Source: Anaerolineaceae bacterium (GTDB lineage Bacteria > Chloroflexota > Anaerolineae > Anaerolineales > Anaerolineaceae). Taken from it: a stretch of 64,000 bases of DNA. The position numbers and the translations under genes are program-made. How positions within the stretch are numbered: position 1 is the first letter of the stretch; the number at the start of each line of letters is the position of its first letter. Below the pieces are notes generated by a model, which was not told the origin of the DNA, made no database searches, and saw only the letters and a program-made list of their open reading frames with translations. Below, piece after piece: positions 55,843-64,000 of this stretch. The DNA is taken from positions 10,754-74,753 of the forward strand of contig JAXGKP010000002.1 of assembly GCA_040769645.1 (NCBI GenBank), in the 5' to 3' direction.

Positions 55843-56310
55843 ATGATGCAAAGAGGACCCTCAGTGAATACCAGGAAACACACCCCAAAACCCCGTCGCA
55901 CAAAAACCCCTGCCTGGGCGTGGCTTTTAGTGGTCGCGGCTGCCGCGCTGCTGGTATATTTTTTAATTCCACAAGGGTACGCCAGCAGCCAGAAATTGAA
56001 GCGGGAGCTGAGCCCGGCAGAAGTCATGGCGCTGCGGGAGGGGGGCGCGTTTATTGTGGATGTGCGTGAACAGAGTGAATGGGAGCAAGGGCATATCGAA
56101 GGCGCAGCGCTGATTCCCCTTGGTCAGCTTTTACAGCGCTCGGGCGAACTGCCCACAGACCGGACGATCGTGGTGGTCTGCCGCTCCGGGAACCGCAGCG
56201 CGCAGGGCAGGGATATTCTGGAAACAGCAGGCTTTAAGACTGTCAGCTCCATGCGCGGCGGGATGAAAGCTTGGCAGGCGCAAGGTTACCCGGTGGTCAC
56301 AGGGCCATAA
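55843..56310 (+). CDS. membrane-anchored rhodanese-domain sulfurtransferase
   Basis: TM helix AWAWLLVVAAAALLVYFL, then a rhodanese domain with an intact active-site loop VVVCRSGNRSAQ and GGMKAWQAQGYP. The start may instead be the downstream GTG (AGAGGA RBS). Confidence 0.8.
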   Translation: MMQRGPSVNTRKHTPKPRRTKTPAWAWLLVVAAAALLVYFLIPQGYASSQKLKRELSPAEVMALREGGAFIVDVREQSEWEQGHIEGAALIPLGQLLQRSGELPTDRTIVVVCRSGNRSAQGRDILETAGFKTVSSMRGGMKAWQAQGYPVVTGP

Positions 56311-56499
56311 TAACTGCCGCAAGAAAAACAGCGGGAATCCTTGCGCGGCTATGCTGCCTGACCTCTTGCGGATAGGGGTGAAGCAACCCGTCCGGAAAAA
56401 TAATAAAAACATGAACGCGTTTACCGGATGACTCATCCGTACGCCTGAAAATCTCGACTGTGGGCGGCGTTCATCCCGCGGGGCTTGTGCCGCGTTTGA

Positions 56500-58449
56500 T
56501 CAACCAAACACCGAAAAATCGTAAGGAGGCAGGCTTAAAGTCCCGTTATCGTGCATCTGCCCCCTGCCAAACAGACGCTCTTTCCCGCTCAAATTGCATT
56601 GTCGGGCTGATAATGCGGAAATCACCTGCTCTTGTTCGCAAAAATTCGCGATAAGCACCAGACGGCGTGAGCCTTGGCTCGCGCGGGCAGCCATTAATAC
56701 CGCGCGGCTGCCGCTTTCAAGCACTTCCAGCTCCCCGCCAGCTAATTCGGGGCGCGCCTTGCGGAAGTTGATTGCCGCGCGCAGGTTGCCATAGACGCGG
56801 CCTTCCAGGCTCTGTGGGTCGTGCCGGCGCGCGTAACTTGCCGGGTCAGCTGCCACGCGGTGCACCCAGCGGCTGTCATCTTTGCGCGTCGGGTTATCCA
56901 GGTAGCTGTAGTCGTTAAGCGTGCCGATTTCATCACCCAGGTAAATCAGCGGGATCCCGCCGAGCATGAGCGTGAGGTCGTACAGCAGCGCGATACGGCG
57001 GACAGCCAATTCCACCTCGTTTGGACCTTCTTCCGCGAGCGCCTTCTCCAGCCCTGCCAACGAAGCGCAAGTGCCCGAGATACGGCAGTCGCCAGTTTTG
57101 GGGTTTTCCTGAAAAGGCAGCCCGCGCGCGAAACTGCCGGGGAAGCGCCCGCGGTAGAACGCGTTCAGAAATTGTCGGTGGTCGCTGCCGTTCACTCCCA
57201 GGCTCGCGGCATCCGCGTCATCAAAAGTCCAGCCGATGTCATCGTGACAGCGCACGTAATTGACCCAGGCGGTATGGGGATGGATGGCAAACCGGCGGCG
57301 CAGCGCCTGCTGCAGCAAATCGATATTGCGCGTAGCCATTGTGTTCCACAGCAGCGCCATGACCAGCGGATTGTACGAGAGCTGGCATTCCTCCGGTGAG
57401 ATGTAGCGCGCCACCTCGTCCGGGTGGACGATCGCTTCAGATTTAAGCAGGATGCAAGGCGCCGCGATCCGGGTGAGGGCGTTGAAAGCTTGCAAAATCA
57501 GATGCGCCTCCGGCAAATTCTCGCAAGTTGTGCCGAGCTCTTTCCAGATGAACGCGACCGCGTCCAAACGGAAGATTTCCACACCCTGGTTTGCCAGGAA
57601 AAGCAGCTCGCCCGCCATGCGGTTAAAGACATCCGGGTTGGCATAATCCAGGTCCCATTGATACGAGTGAAAGGTGGTCCAAACCCACTTACCCGGATCC
57701 TCAAACCAGGTAAACGCGCCGGGGTGTTCGTCCGGGAAGATTTCGCGCAGGTTGACCTCATACAAATCCGGGATAGTCCGGTCGGGGTAGATGCCATACA
57801 TCGCTTCATAGCGAGCCTCACCTGCCTTAGCGCGCCGCGCCCACGCGTGCTCGTCAGAAGTGTGGTTGATGACCAGGTCCAGCACCAGGCTGATACCTTC
57901 CACTCGCAGCGCGCGGGATAGCTCTGCCAGCTGAGCCATATCGCCGAGCGGCGGGTGCACCTCCCGGAAGCTGCTGACAGCATAACCGCCGTCATTTTCC
58001 CCGGCGGGCATACTGAAAAGCGGCATCAGGTGCAAATAGGTGAGCCCCAGCTCTTTGAAGTAGGGAATTTTGGCGCGAATACCTTCCAGATTCCCGGCAA
58101 AGAGGTCCACGTAACATACGCCGCCAAGCATTGTGTTGGATTGGAACCAGAGCGGGTTTTCTTCGCGGTTTGCGTCCAGCGCGCGTAAATCTGCTGGACG
58201 GGCGAATACGGCGCGTGCCAATTCGCTGAGGAGATCTTCCAGGTGATAGAAAAAGTCGTAGTGAGCGGCATAGAGGCGGTGGTACAAGCCAAACAGCCGG
58301 GGGAAGTGAAGGCTCAGACGCTGCGTGAAAACCAGCCAGGCTTGTGGATCGGCTGCGATTTGGTCAGCAAATGCCGCTTTTAGGCGCGGGAGGAGTTTTT
58401 CCAGGCTCTTCGCGGCTTCAACACTCAGGTTGATTTCACCGTGGATCAT
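56500..58449 (-). CDS. amylosucrase (GH13 subfamily 4)
   Basis: Near-colinear with the Neisseria polysaccharea amylosucrase as I remember it: [91 protein letters not shown]. The likely start is MIHGEINL at 58449 (the ORF track extends to 58497). Confidence 0.88.
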   Translation of the reverse strand: MIHGEINLSVEAAKSLEKLLPRLKAAFADQIAADPQAWLVFTQRLSLHFPRLFGLYHRLYAAHYDFFYHLEDLLSELARAVFARPADLRALDANREENPLWFQSNTMLGGVCYVDLFAGNLEGIRAKIPYFKELGLTYLHLMPLFSMPAGENDGGYAVSSFREVHPPLGDMAQLAELSRALRVEGISLVLDLVINHTSDEHAWARRAKAGEARYEAMYGIYPDRTIPDLYEVNLREIFPDEHPGAFTWFEDPGKWVWTTFHSYQWDLDYANPDVFNRMAGELLFLANQGVEIFRLDAVAFIWKELGTTCENLPEAHLILQAFNALTRIAAPCILLKSEAIVHPDEVARYISPEECQLSYNPLVMALLWNTMATRNIDLLQQALRRRFAIHPHTAWVNYVRCHDDIGWTFDDADAASLGVNGSDHRQFLNAFYRGRFPGSFARGLPFQENPKTGDCRISGTCASLAGLEKALAEEGPNEVELAVRRIALLYDLTLMLGGIPLIYLGDEIGTLNDYSYLDNPTRKDDSRWVHRVAADPASYARRHDPQSLEGRVYGNLRAAINFRKARPELAGGELEVLESGSRAVLMAARASQGSRRLVLIANFCEQEQVISALSARQCNLSGKERLFGRGQMHDNGTLSLPPYDFSVFG

Positions 58450-59360
58450 CTGGCAGCCTCGGCTGCGGCTTGCTGTGCCAGCGCAAAGGCTCCGCAAACC
58501 CCGGCGCGGGCGCCTAATCCGGGTGAGACGATGTAAGTATCCATATATGAGAGGATTGTTTCAGAGCTGATGTAATTATTCAGATAAGTCAGAACCTTGG
58601 CGCGCACCAGTGGCAAGAGAACGGGCTGCTGCGCGACGCCGCCGCCCAGGATAATGCGCTGTGGAGAAAAGCTGCAAATGAAGCCTTGCAGCGCCCGGGC
58701 GATATAGTGCGCTTCAAGCTCCCAGGCGGGGTGGTCGCCGGGCAGGTGCTCGGCAGGCCGACCCCAACGCTTTTCCATCGCCGGGCCGCTTGCCAGACCC
58801 TCAAAACAATCGCCGTGGAAAGGGCAGGACCCGGGGAAGGGGTCCTGCGTGAAAGAATGAGGGAGGGGGATGTGACCCATTTCAGGGTGGATTAATCCGT
58901 GTAAGAGCTTTCCTTCCACCATCGCGCCGCCGCCGATACCGGTGCCGACCGTGAAATACAGGAAGGTGGACAGGTTCTGTGCCGCGCCCCAGCGCCATTC
59001 GCCCAACGCCGCGCCGTTCACGTCGGTATCAAACGCGATTGGAACTGGCAGGGCTGATTGCAGCGCCCCGACAACATCCGTGCCAGCCCAGCCGGCTTTT
59101 GGCGTTGCCAGAATGCGCCCGTACGTGGGGGAAGCCGGGTTTGGGTCCAGCGGGCCAAAGCATGCGACACCCAACCCTGCGAGGGGGCCAAAGACGCGGG
59201 TCTGGTCCCTGAAAAAGTCGAGCGCGCGGCTGAGCGTATCTTCCGGGGTCGTGGTGGGGAAGCGTGTTTCTGCCAGGCTTTTTCCTTCCGCGTCACCTAT
59301 CGCGCACACAAATTTGGTGCCGCCGCCTTCAATGCCGCCATATAAGGGACTATTATTCAT
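58446..59360 (-). CDS. ROK-family sugar kinase, probably fructokinase
   Basis: [22 protein letters not shown] (GGAGGAGAATCG RBS; the ORF track extends to 59420) and ROK Zn motif HGDCFEG-like CPFHGDC. ATGA overlap with the amylosucrase gene. Confidence 0.75.
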   Translation of the reverse strand: MNNSPLYGGIEGGGTKFVCAIGDAEGKSLAETRFPTTTPEDTLSRALDFFRDQTRVFGPLAGLGVACFGPLDPNPASPTYGRILATPKAGWAGTDVVGALQSALPVPIAFDTDVNGAALGEWRWGAAQNLSTFLYFTVGTGIGGGAMVEGKLLHGLIHPEMGHIPLPHSFTQDPFPGSCPFHGDCFEGLASGPAMEKRWGRPAEHLPGDHPAWELEAHYIARALQGFICSFSPQRIILGGGVAQQPVLLPLVRAKVLTYLNNYISSETILSYMDTYIVSPGLGARAGVCGAFALAQQAAAEAAR

Positions 59361-59498
59361 CGATTCTCCTCCAAAAAACAGCAGGGCGACCCTTCTTTTT
59401 TGAGAAAACCGCACCAACAACCGCCGCGCGTGTTAACACTAATTCGCGAACAGAAGAACCGTCCATGCCGCGCCGCTTTGAGAGAACGCCTGGCTGGA

Positions 59499-61190
59499 TT
59501 ATTCCTTATCCGAGCCAAGATAATCTGGGCGGGGGGCGTTGGGTCCGTGCGGTTTGTTAGGCAGATCCGGGCCAATGGGCTTGAGCCAAACAAAACCGTA
59601 GGGCGGCAGGATGTAATCCCCTGGAAGAACGCGCGTGCCTGTCAGTAAGTCCTCAAAGGCGGCGGCCGTTTCAGGGATCCAGCCGTGAACCTCGGCATCC
59701 GTCAGGTTGTTCAGGACAACCACGCGCTGACCTTCATATTTGCGCTGGTAAGCCGCGACAGACTTCGCGTCATACGAAAAGTCCCGCCAGGCAAAGTCGC
59801 CCCAGCCAAACAGGGGATGCTGCTTCCGCACAGCAATAAGATGGCGGATGCGATGAAGCAGGGAGTCCGGGTCAGCCATCTGCGCGGCAACGTTCACCCG
59901 CGCGCTGCCGTATTCGGGGTCAGAAATGACCGGCGCAAAAAACTTCTCAGCCGGCGCTTCCGAAAAACCGGCGGAGGGGCTGTCATCCCATTGCATAGGG
60001 GTGCGCAAGCCGTTGCGGTCGTCCAGCCAGATGTTATCGCCCATGCCGATTTCATCGCCGTAATACAGGAACGGCGAGCCGCCCATGGTCAGCAGCAGGG
60101 AATACATCAGCAGGATTTTGCGTTTGTCGTTGCCCAGCAGGGGTGCCAGGCGGCGACGGATGCCCATATTAAGGCGCATGCGCTCTTCTGGCGCGTAAAT
60201 CTCCCACATCCACCGGCGTTCCTCGGGGGTGACCATTTCGAGAGTCAGCTCATCGTGGCAGCGCAGGAAGGTACCCCATTGGCAGTTGGCAGGCAGTTCT
60301 GGCGTGCGTGCCAGGATTTTCTCAATCGCGGTGCGGTCGCCCTGGGCCAGCGCCATGTAAAGATGCGGCATAAGCGGAAAATGGAAGTTCATGTGCATTT
60401 CATCGCCGCTGCCGAAGTAATGAATAACGTCCTCCGGAATTTGGTTGGCTTCTGAGAGGAGCAGAATACCCGGTTTATATTGGTCCACAAAAGCGCGCAG
60501 GCGTTTGAGGAATTGGTGCGTTTCGGGCAAATTCTCGCAGTTGGTGCCTTCGCGCTCAAACAAATACGGCGGGGCGTCCACGCGAATGCCATCGGCGCCC
60601 TGATCAATCCAGAATTTGACGGTTTGCAGCATAGCTTCCTGCACAGCCGGGTTGTCATAGTTCAGGTCTGGCTGATGATGGAAGAAGCGGTGCCAGAAAT
60701 ATTGTTTACGCACCGGGTCGTAGGTCCAATTAGACTTTTCGCTATCCACAAAGATGATGCGCGCGTCCTGATACTTCTGGTCTGTATCGCTCCAGACGTA
60801 GTAATCGCGATATTTATTGTGTTCCGGATGCTGCGGGTCGCGGGAAGCCTGGAACCAGGCATGCTGGTCGGAGGTGTGATTGGGCACCAGTTCGACCAGA
60901 ATTTTGAGAGAACGCTGATGCGCCTGGGCGACCAGGTCCTGAAAATCCTCTAAGTTCCCATACATAGGGTGAATGCCGCAATAATCGCTGACGTCGTAGC
61001 CGTCGTCGCGCAGCGGGGAAGGAGAAATTGGCAGCAGCCAGATGGTGTCCACGCCGAGAAAACTCAGATAGTCCAGTTTTTCGGTGACGCCTTTCAGGTC
61101 TCCCCATCCGTCGCCGTTACTGTCCCGGAAGGCGCGAACGTACAGCTCATAAAAAATATCGTTTTTGTACCAGTGGGCAGGGTTTGTCAT
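59499..61190 (-). CDS. treS: trehalose synthase / maltose alpha-D-glucosyltransferase (GH13)
   Basis: WYKNDIFYELYVRAFRDSNGDGWGDLKGVTEKLDYL, ARIIFVDSEKSNWTYDPVRKQYFWHRFFHHQPDLNYDNPAVQEAM, LFEREGTNCENLPETH, HDELTLEMVT, GIRRRLAPLLGND and LYYGDEIGMG are all TreS hallmarks. Confidence 0.85.
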   Translation of the reverse strand: MTNPAHWYKNDIFYELYVRAFRDSNGDGWGDLKGVTEKLDYLSFLGVDTIWLLPISPSPLRDDGYDVSDYCGIHPMYGNLEDFQDLVAQAHQRSLKILVELVPNHTSDQHAWFQASRDPQHPEHNKYRDYYVWSDTDQKYQDARIIFVDSEKSNWTYDPVRKQYFWHRFFHHQPDLNYDNPAVQEAMLQTVKFWIDQGADGIRVDAPPYLFEREGTNCENLPETHQFLKRLRAFVDQYKPGILLLSEANQIPEDVIHYFGSGDEMHMNFHFPLMPHLYMALAQGDRTAIEKILARTPELPANCQWGTFLRCHDELTLEMVTPEERRWMWEIYAPEERMRLNMGIRRRLAPLLGNDKRKILLMYSLLLTMGGSPFLYYGDEIGMGDNIWLDDRNGLRTPMQWDDSPSAGFSEAPAEKFFAPVISDPEYGSARVNVAAQMADPDSLLHRIRHLIAVRKQHPLFGWGDFAWRDFSYDAKSVAAYQRKYEGQRVVVLNNLTDAEVHGWIPETAAAFEDLLTGTRVLPGDYILPPYGFVWLKPIGPDLPNKPHGPNAPRPDYLGSDKE

Positions 61191-61446
61191 TTCAGTTCCT
61201 TATGGAGCATTTTCGTAATATTTTTTTAGAATTTTTCTGGCTGCTGGGTTCGGACTAGGTAATCCGAATGATCTTATGCACAGCCAAAACAACACGCATC
61301 GGGTTGTGTGCGGTGGTAAGCCCTTAAATTCTTCACCGCGTTCAGAATGGCAGCGCTTATGCACCCTGAGCGGAGGTGAAGGGTCTTGCCTGTTCAGGCA
61401 ACTTCGGTTGCGCGCCTGGCTGCAGACCAGATGCCAATCGCGGTTG

Positions 61447-62547
61447 TTAGCCCTTGACGGAGCCAGCCATCAGCCCGCGTACAAAGTAGCGCTGCAGACT
61501 GAGGAAAACAACCAGCGGCAAAATCATGCTGACGAACGCCGCCGCTGTCATCAGGTGCCAGTCCTGTCCTTTTTCGCCAACTAACTGCGCGACCGCGATG
61601 GTAACCGTCTGGTTCTTTTCACCGAGGAACACTAATGCGACCAGATAGTCATTCCACAACCACAGGAACTGGAAAATCGCGAAGGATGCCAGCGCGGGCA
61701 CAGAAAGAGGCAGGATAAGGTTGGTAAAGATTGTGAAGTTCGAAGCGCCGTCAATGTACGCGGATTCCAGCAGCTCCCGCGGTATCGTGCTGATGTAGTT
61801 AAAGAGCAGGTATGTTGCCAGGGGTAGACCGAAGCCTGTGTGAGCCAACCAGATTCCCAGGAAAGTCCCGTTCAGTTGTAATTTAACGTAATCCCGCAAA
61901 ATGGGCACCAACGCGATTTGCAGCGGTACCACCAGCAGGGCGACGATAATCGTAAACACGAGGTTTCTCCCCGGGAATTCCAGCCAGGCGAAGCCAAACG
62001 CGGCAAAAGCCGCGATAAGAATCGGGATAATCGTGCCCGGGATGGTAACTGCCAGCGAATTTAAAAATGCGCCGCTCAGATTATTGCCTGTTCGGGTGAT
62101 GGTCTGCCCCTGCGCGTTCTTGTAACTGATGGTCTTACCAGTCAGCACATCTTTGTAGTTCTTCAATGTCAAATTTGTAGCGAATCCGACCCATTCGTTT
62201 CCGGTAATGATTATCGTGCGTGTGCGTTTGTTACCGTACCAGGTGCCTTTTGCGCCGTCCTCCAATTGAACGCCGCGCTGCCATTCCTGGAACGTTGCGG
62301 TCCTTCCGCCGTACGTAATTGGCCCATCCAGGTTCACACCCTCTGGGAATGTGTAACGGTCGATTTCCAGGTCTTCCTTGTGGGGGAAAACGTTCCACCA
62401 ACCATTTCTGAAGATTTCTTCACTGGGGCGGAAAGAAGTAATCAGAATTCCCAGGATGGGTATCATCCACATTGCGCAGATGAAAATCAGAACGAAATTC
62501 GTCCAGAAGCTTTGGGATGATTTTTGGGATTTTTGACTCTTTGCCAT
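61447..62547 (-). CDS. carbohydrate ABC transporter permease (MalG-like, with enlarged extracytoplasmic loop)
   Basis: 366 aa with an EAA-type loop ESAYIDGASNFTIFTNLILPL. Confidence 0.85.
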   Translation of the reverse strand: MAKSQKSQKSSQSFWTNFVLIFICAMWMIPILGILITSFRPSEEIFRNGWWNVFPHKEDLEIDRYTFPEGVNLDGPITYGGRTATFQEWQRGVQLEDGAKGTWYGNKRTRTIIITGNEWVGFATNLTLKNYKDVLTGKTISYKNAQGQTITRTGNNLSGAFLNSLAVTIPGTIIPILIAAFAAFGFAWLEFPGRNLVFTIIVALLVVPLQIALVPILRDYVKLQLNGTFLGIWLAHTGFGLPLATYLLFNYISTIPRELLESAYIDGASNFTIFTNLILPLSVPALASFAIFQFLWLWNDYLVALVFLGEKNQTVTIAVAQLVGEKGQDWHLMTAAAFVSMILPLVVFLSLQRYFVRGLMAGSVKG

Positions 62548-63683
62548 TAGAACCCCCTTCGCTGTTGATTGAACGAGCGGATGTTATTAATAATCACCGG
62601 GGTGACCAACAGCAGCAAGATGATGGCGATTGCTGAAGCCCGACCCGCGTGGTTATAAGTGAAACTTTGCAGGTAGAACTCGTTGGCAATCACATTTGTG
62701 CCGTTATTCCCACCGGTCATTACACGAACAATATCAAAGGTCTTCAGGCTAAAAATTATGATGGTGGTCGTAACCGTCAGCAGGGTACCCTTGATATAAG
62801 GAATGATTATGCTGAAGAAAATTTTAAATTCGTTCGCGCCGTCAATGCGCGCTGCTTCAAGCAGTTCCGCGGGGACACCTTTAATCGCGCTGGATAGAAT
62901 CACCATGGCGTAACCTGTCTGCAGCCAAACCATGATGACAATCAGGAAAAAGTTGTTCCAGGGTGTCAGGTTCAGCCAGGGCTGCGGCGTACCTCCGAGG
63001 GCTGTCACCACAGCATTCAGCAAGCCAATTTCCCGGATGCCGACGCCGGTGCCTTTATAGGTATAGATGAATTTCCAAATAACGCCAGCGCCCACAAAAG
63101 ACAAGGCGTAGGGCGTGAAGATGATAGATTTATACAGCACTTCCGCTTTGGACCGGTCTGCCAGGGTGGCAATCAGGAGCCCGAAAGCCACGCTGAAGAA
63201 CGTTCCGAACACCAGCCAGAGCAGATTGTTGCGGAAGGTCTCTAGCATGCGCGGGTCGGTGAACGCGAATTTGTAATTCTCCAACCCAACCCAGGCTGTG
63301 CCGAGATAGTTGCGGAAGCTGGCAATCAGCGATCGCACCACCGGAACAGCCAGGAACCAACCCATAATGACCACGGCGGGCCCGACGAACACGAAAGGCT
63401 GTAATTTCCTCGCGATTTTGGTGGGAAGTTTAACAACCAGCCAGTTGGTTACGGTGAATAACAAAGCAACGCCGCCAACACCCCAAACAATCGCCACGAG
63501 CACCTGAACAATTTGGGGCGCTGCCGCCCGCTGCAAGAATATATAGCCTTGCCATAAAACCAAAAACGTAAGCGCTGGTATGAGAACTGAGATAAACAAT
63601 TGTCCGAGCGTGGTTCCGAACCAGGCAATGACTTTCGCAATCGGATTATTGGCGCCGGGGCTATTGGTTTGAGAAATATTCAT
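62547..63683 (-). CDS. carbohydrate ABC transporter permease (MalF-like)
   Basis: 378 aa with an EAA-type loop EAARIDGANEFKIFFSIIIPY. GAGGAGG RBS. Confidence 0.85.
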   Translation of the reverse strand: MNISQTNSPGANNPIAKVIAWFGTTLGQLFISVLIPALTFLVLWQGYIFLQRAAAPQIVQVLVAIVWGVGGVALLFTVTNWLVVKLPTKIARKLQPFVFVGPAVVIMGWFLAVPVVRSLIASFRNYLGTAWVGLENYKFAFTDPRMLETFRNNLLWLVFGTFFSVAFGLLIATLADRSKAEVLYKSIIFTPYALSFVGAGVIWKFIYTYKGTGVGIREIGLLNAVVTALGGTPQPWLNLTPWNNFFLIVIMVWLQTGYAMVILSSAIKGVPAELLEAARIDGANEFKIFFSIIIPYIKGTLLTVTTTIIIFSLKTFDIVRVMTGGNNGTNVIANEFYLQSFTYNHAGRASAIAIILLLLVTPVIINNIRSFNQQRRGF

Positions 63684-63811
63684 ACAAACACCTCCTCAGC
63701 AAGCTTCAATAGGAGTGGAGAGCAGGCAGGGTTTCCACCTGCTCTCCTTGCGCGGCATGTTTCGAATTAGGGAGCCTGCCGCGCGTTTTTAGCCTAGTTC
63801 AGCCTGGCTGG

Positions 63812-64000
63812 TTACCTTGGCCAGGATGCGTCAATTTGTTTCAGGGCCTCATCACGGGTGATGGTGCCGCTGACGTAGTCGGTCATATACTTCCAGAATG
63901 TACCAGCGCCAACCGCACCGGGCATCATATCCGAGCCGTCGAAGCGGAAGGTGGTCGCATTGCGGATGGTTTCAGCAACACCGCGTGTCACTGGATCCAC
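63812..64000 (-). CDS. carbohydrate ABC substrate-binding protein, C-terminal end only (gene runs off the right edge)
   Basis: The frame is open to the window edge. The tail ...FRFDGSDMMPGAVGAGTFWKYMTDYVSGTITRDEALKQIDASWPR is typical of trehalose/maltose-type SBPs. Confidence 0.7.
   Translation of the reverse strand: MDPVTRGVAETIRNATTFRFDGSDMMPGAVGAGTFWKYMTDYVSGTITRDEALKQIDASWPR

Noticed and set aside
1-64000. CRISPR arrays, tRNA, rRNA, tmRNA, transposases, integrases
   Set aside because: I looked for regularly spaced direct repeats, T-loop GGTTCGA(A/T)TCC-type words, and DDE/tyrosine-recombinase-like ORFs, and saw none. This is a visual scan only, so small RNAs could be missed.

Overview
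This 64-kb bacterial window reads like chromosome rather than plasmid. It is densely packed with mostly minus-strand operons for housekeeping and carbohydrate metabolism. Lipobox signal peptides, Thr/Glu/Ala/Pro linkers and the gene families present suggest a monoderm Chloroflexota (Anaerolineae-like) genome, but that is inference only.

Gene content, left to right:
- maltodextrin ABC genes: a partial MalF-like permease, a MalE-like binding protein with an extra C-terminal glucan-binding-like domain, and a MarR regulator
- a DUF62 SAM hydrolase overlapping an ECF transporter (fused EcfA-A', S, T)
- a PIG-L deacetylase and a PD40/TolB-like lipoprotein
- an unexplained 0.9-kb gap
- bacterioferritin, a MOP-type (2Fe-2S + Moco, no FAD) aldehyde oxidoreductase, and a CDGSH Fe-S protein
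- a GH25 muramidase with two SH3b domains
- ccmE-F-A-B-C-D, followed by a pentahaem lipoprotein cytochrome c and a NOX/ferric-reductase-type flavocytochrome b
- a ParA-ParB / ExeA-like AAA+ / 719-aa RepA_N-like cassette with 33-bp iteron-like repeats and two identical 16-bp palindromes
- GDP-mannose pyrophosphorylase
- a rhodanese with an in-frame TGA exactly at the catalytic Cys position
- two decayed genes, glnA, and an acyltransferase
- a BMP-type nucleoside ABC transporter
- the pyrimidine operon pyrC-pyrB-pyrF/E(fused)-pyrD-[abiEi-abiEii]-pyrK
- a 1068-aa STAND/TPR/BTAD regulator
- two tandem paralogous exported proteins of unknown function, and a second rhodanese
- amylosucrase, fructokinase and TreS, plus sugar ABC genes

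I recognised no rRNA, tRNA, CRISPR array, transposase or integrase.

Best candidates for something new:
1. the rep/par-like cassette with its repeats
2. the NOX-type flavocytochrome paired with a surface multihaem cytochrome and a variant (CxxxY CcmE) maturation system
3. the TGA-containing rhodanese
4. the AbiE module welded into the pyr operon
5. the paralog pair at 53.8-55.2 kb
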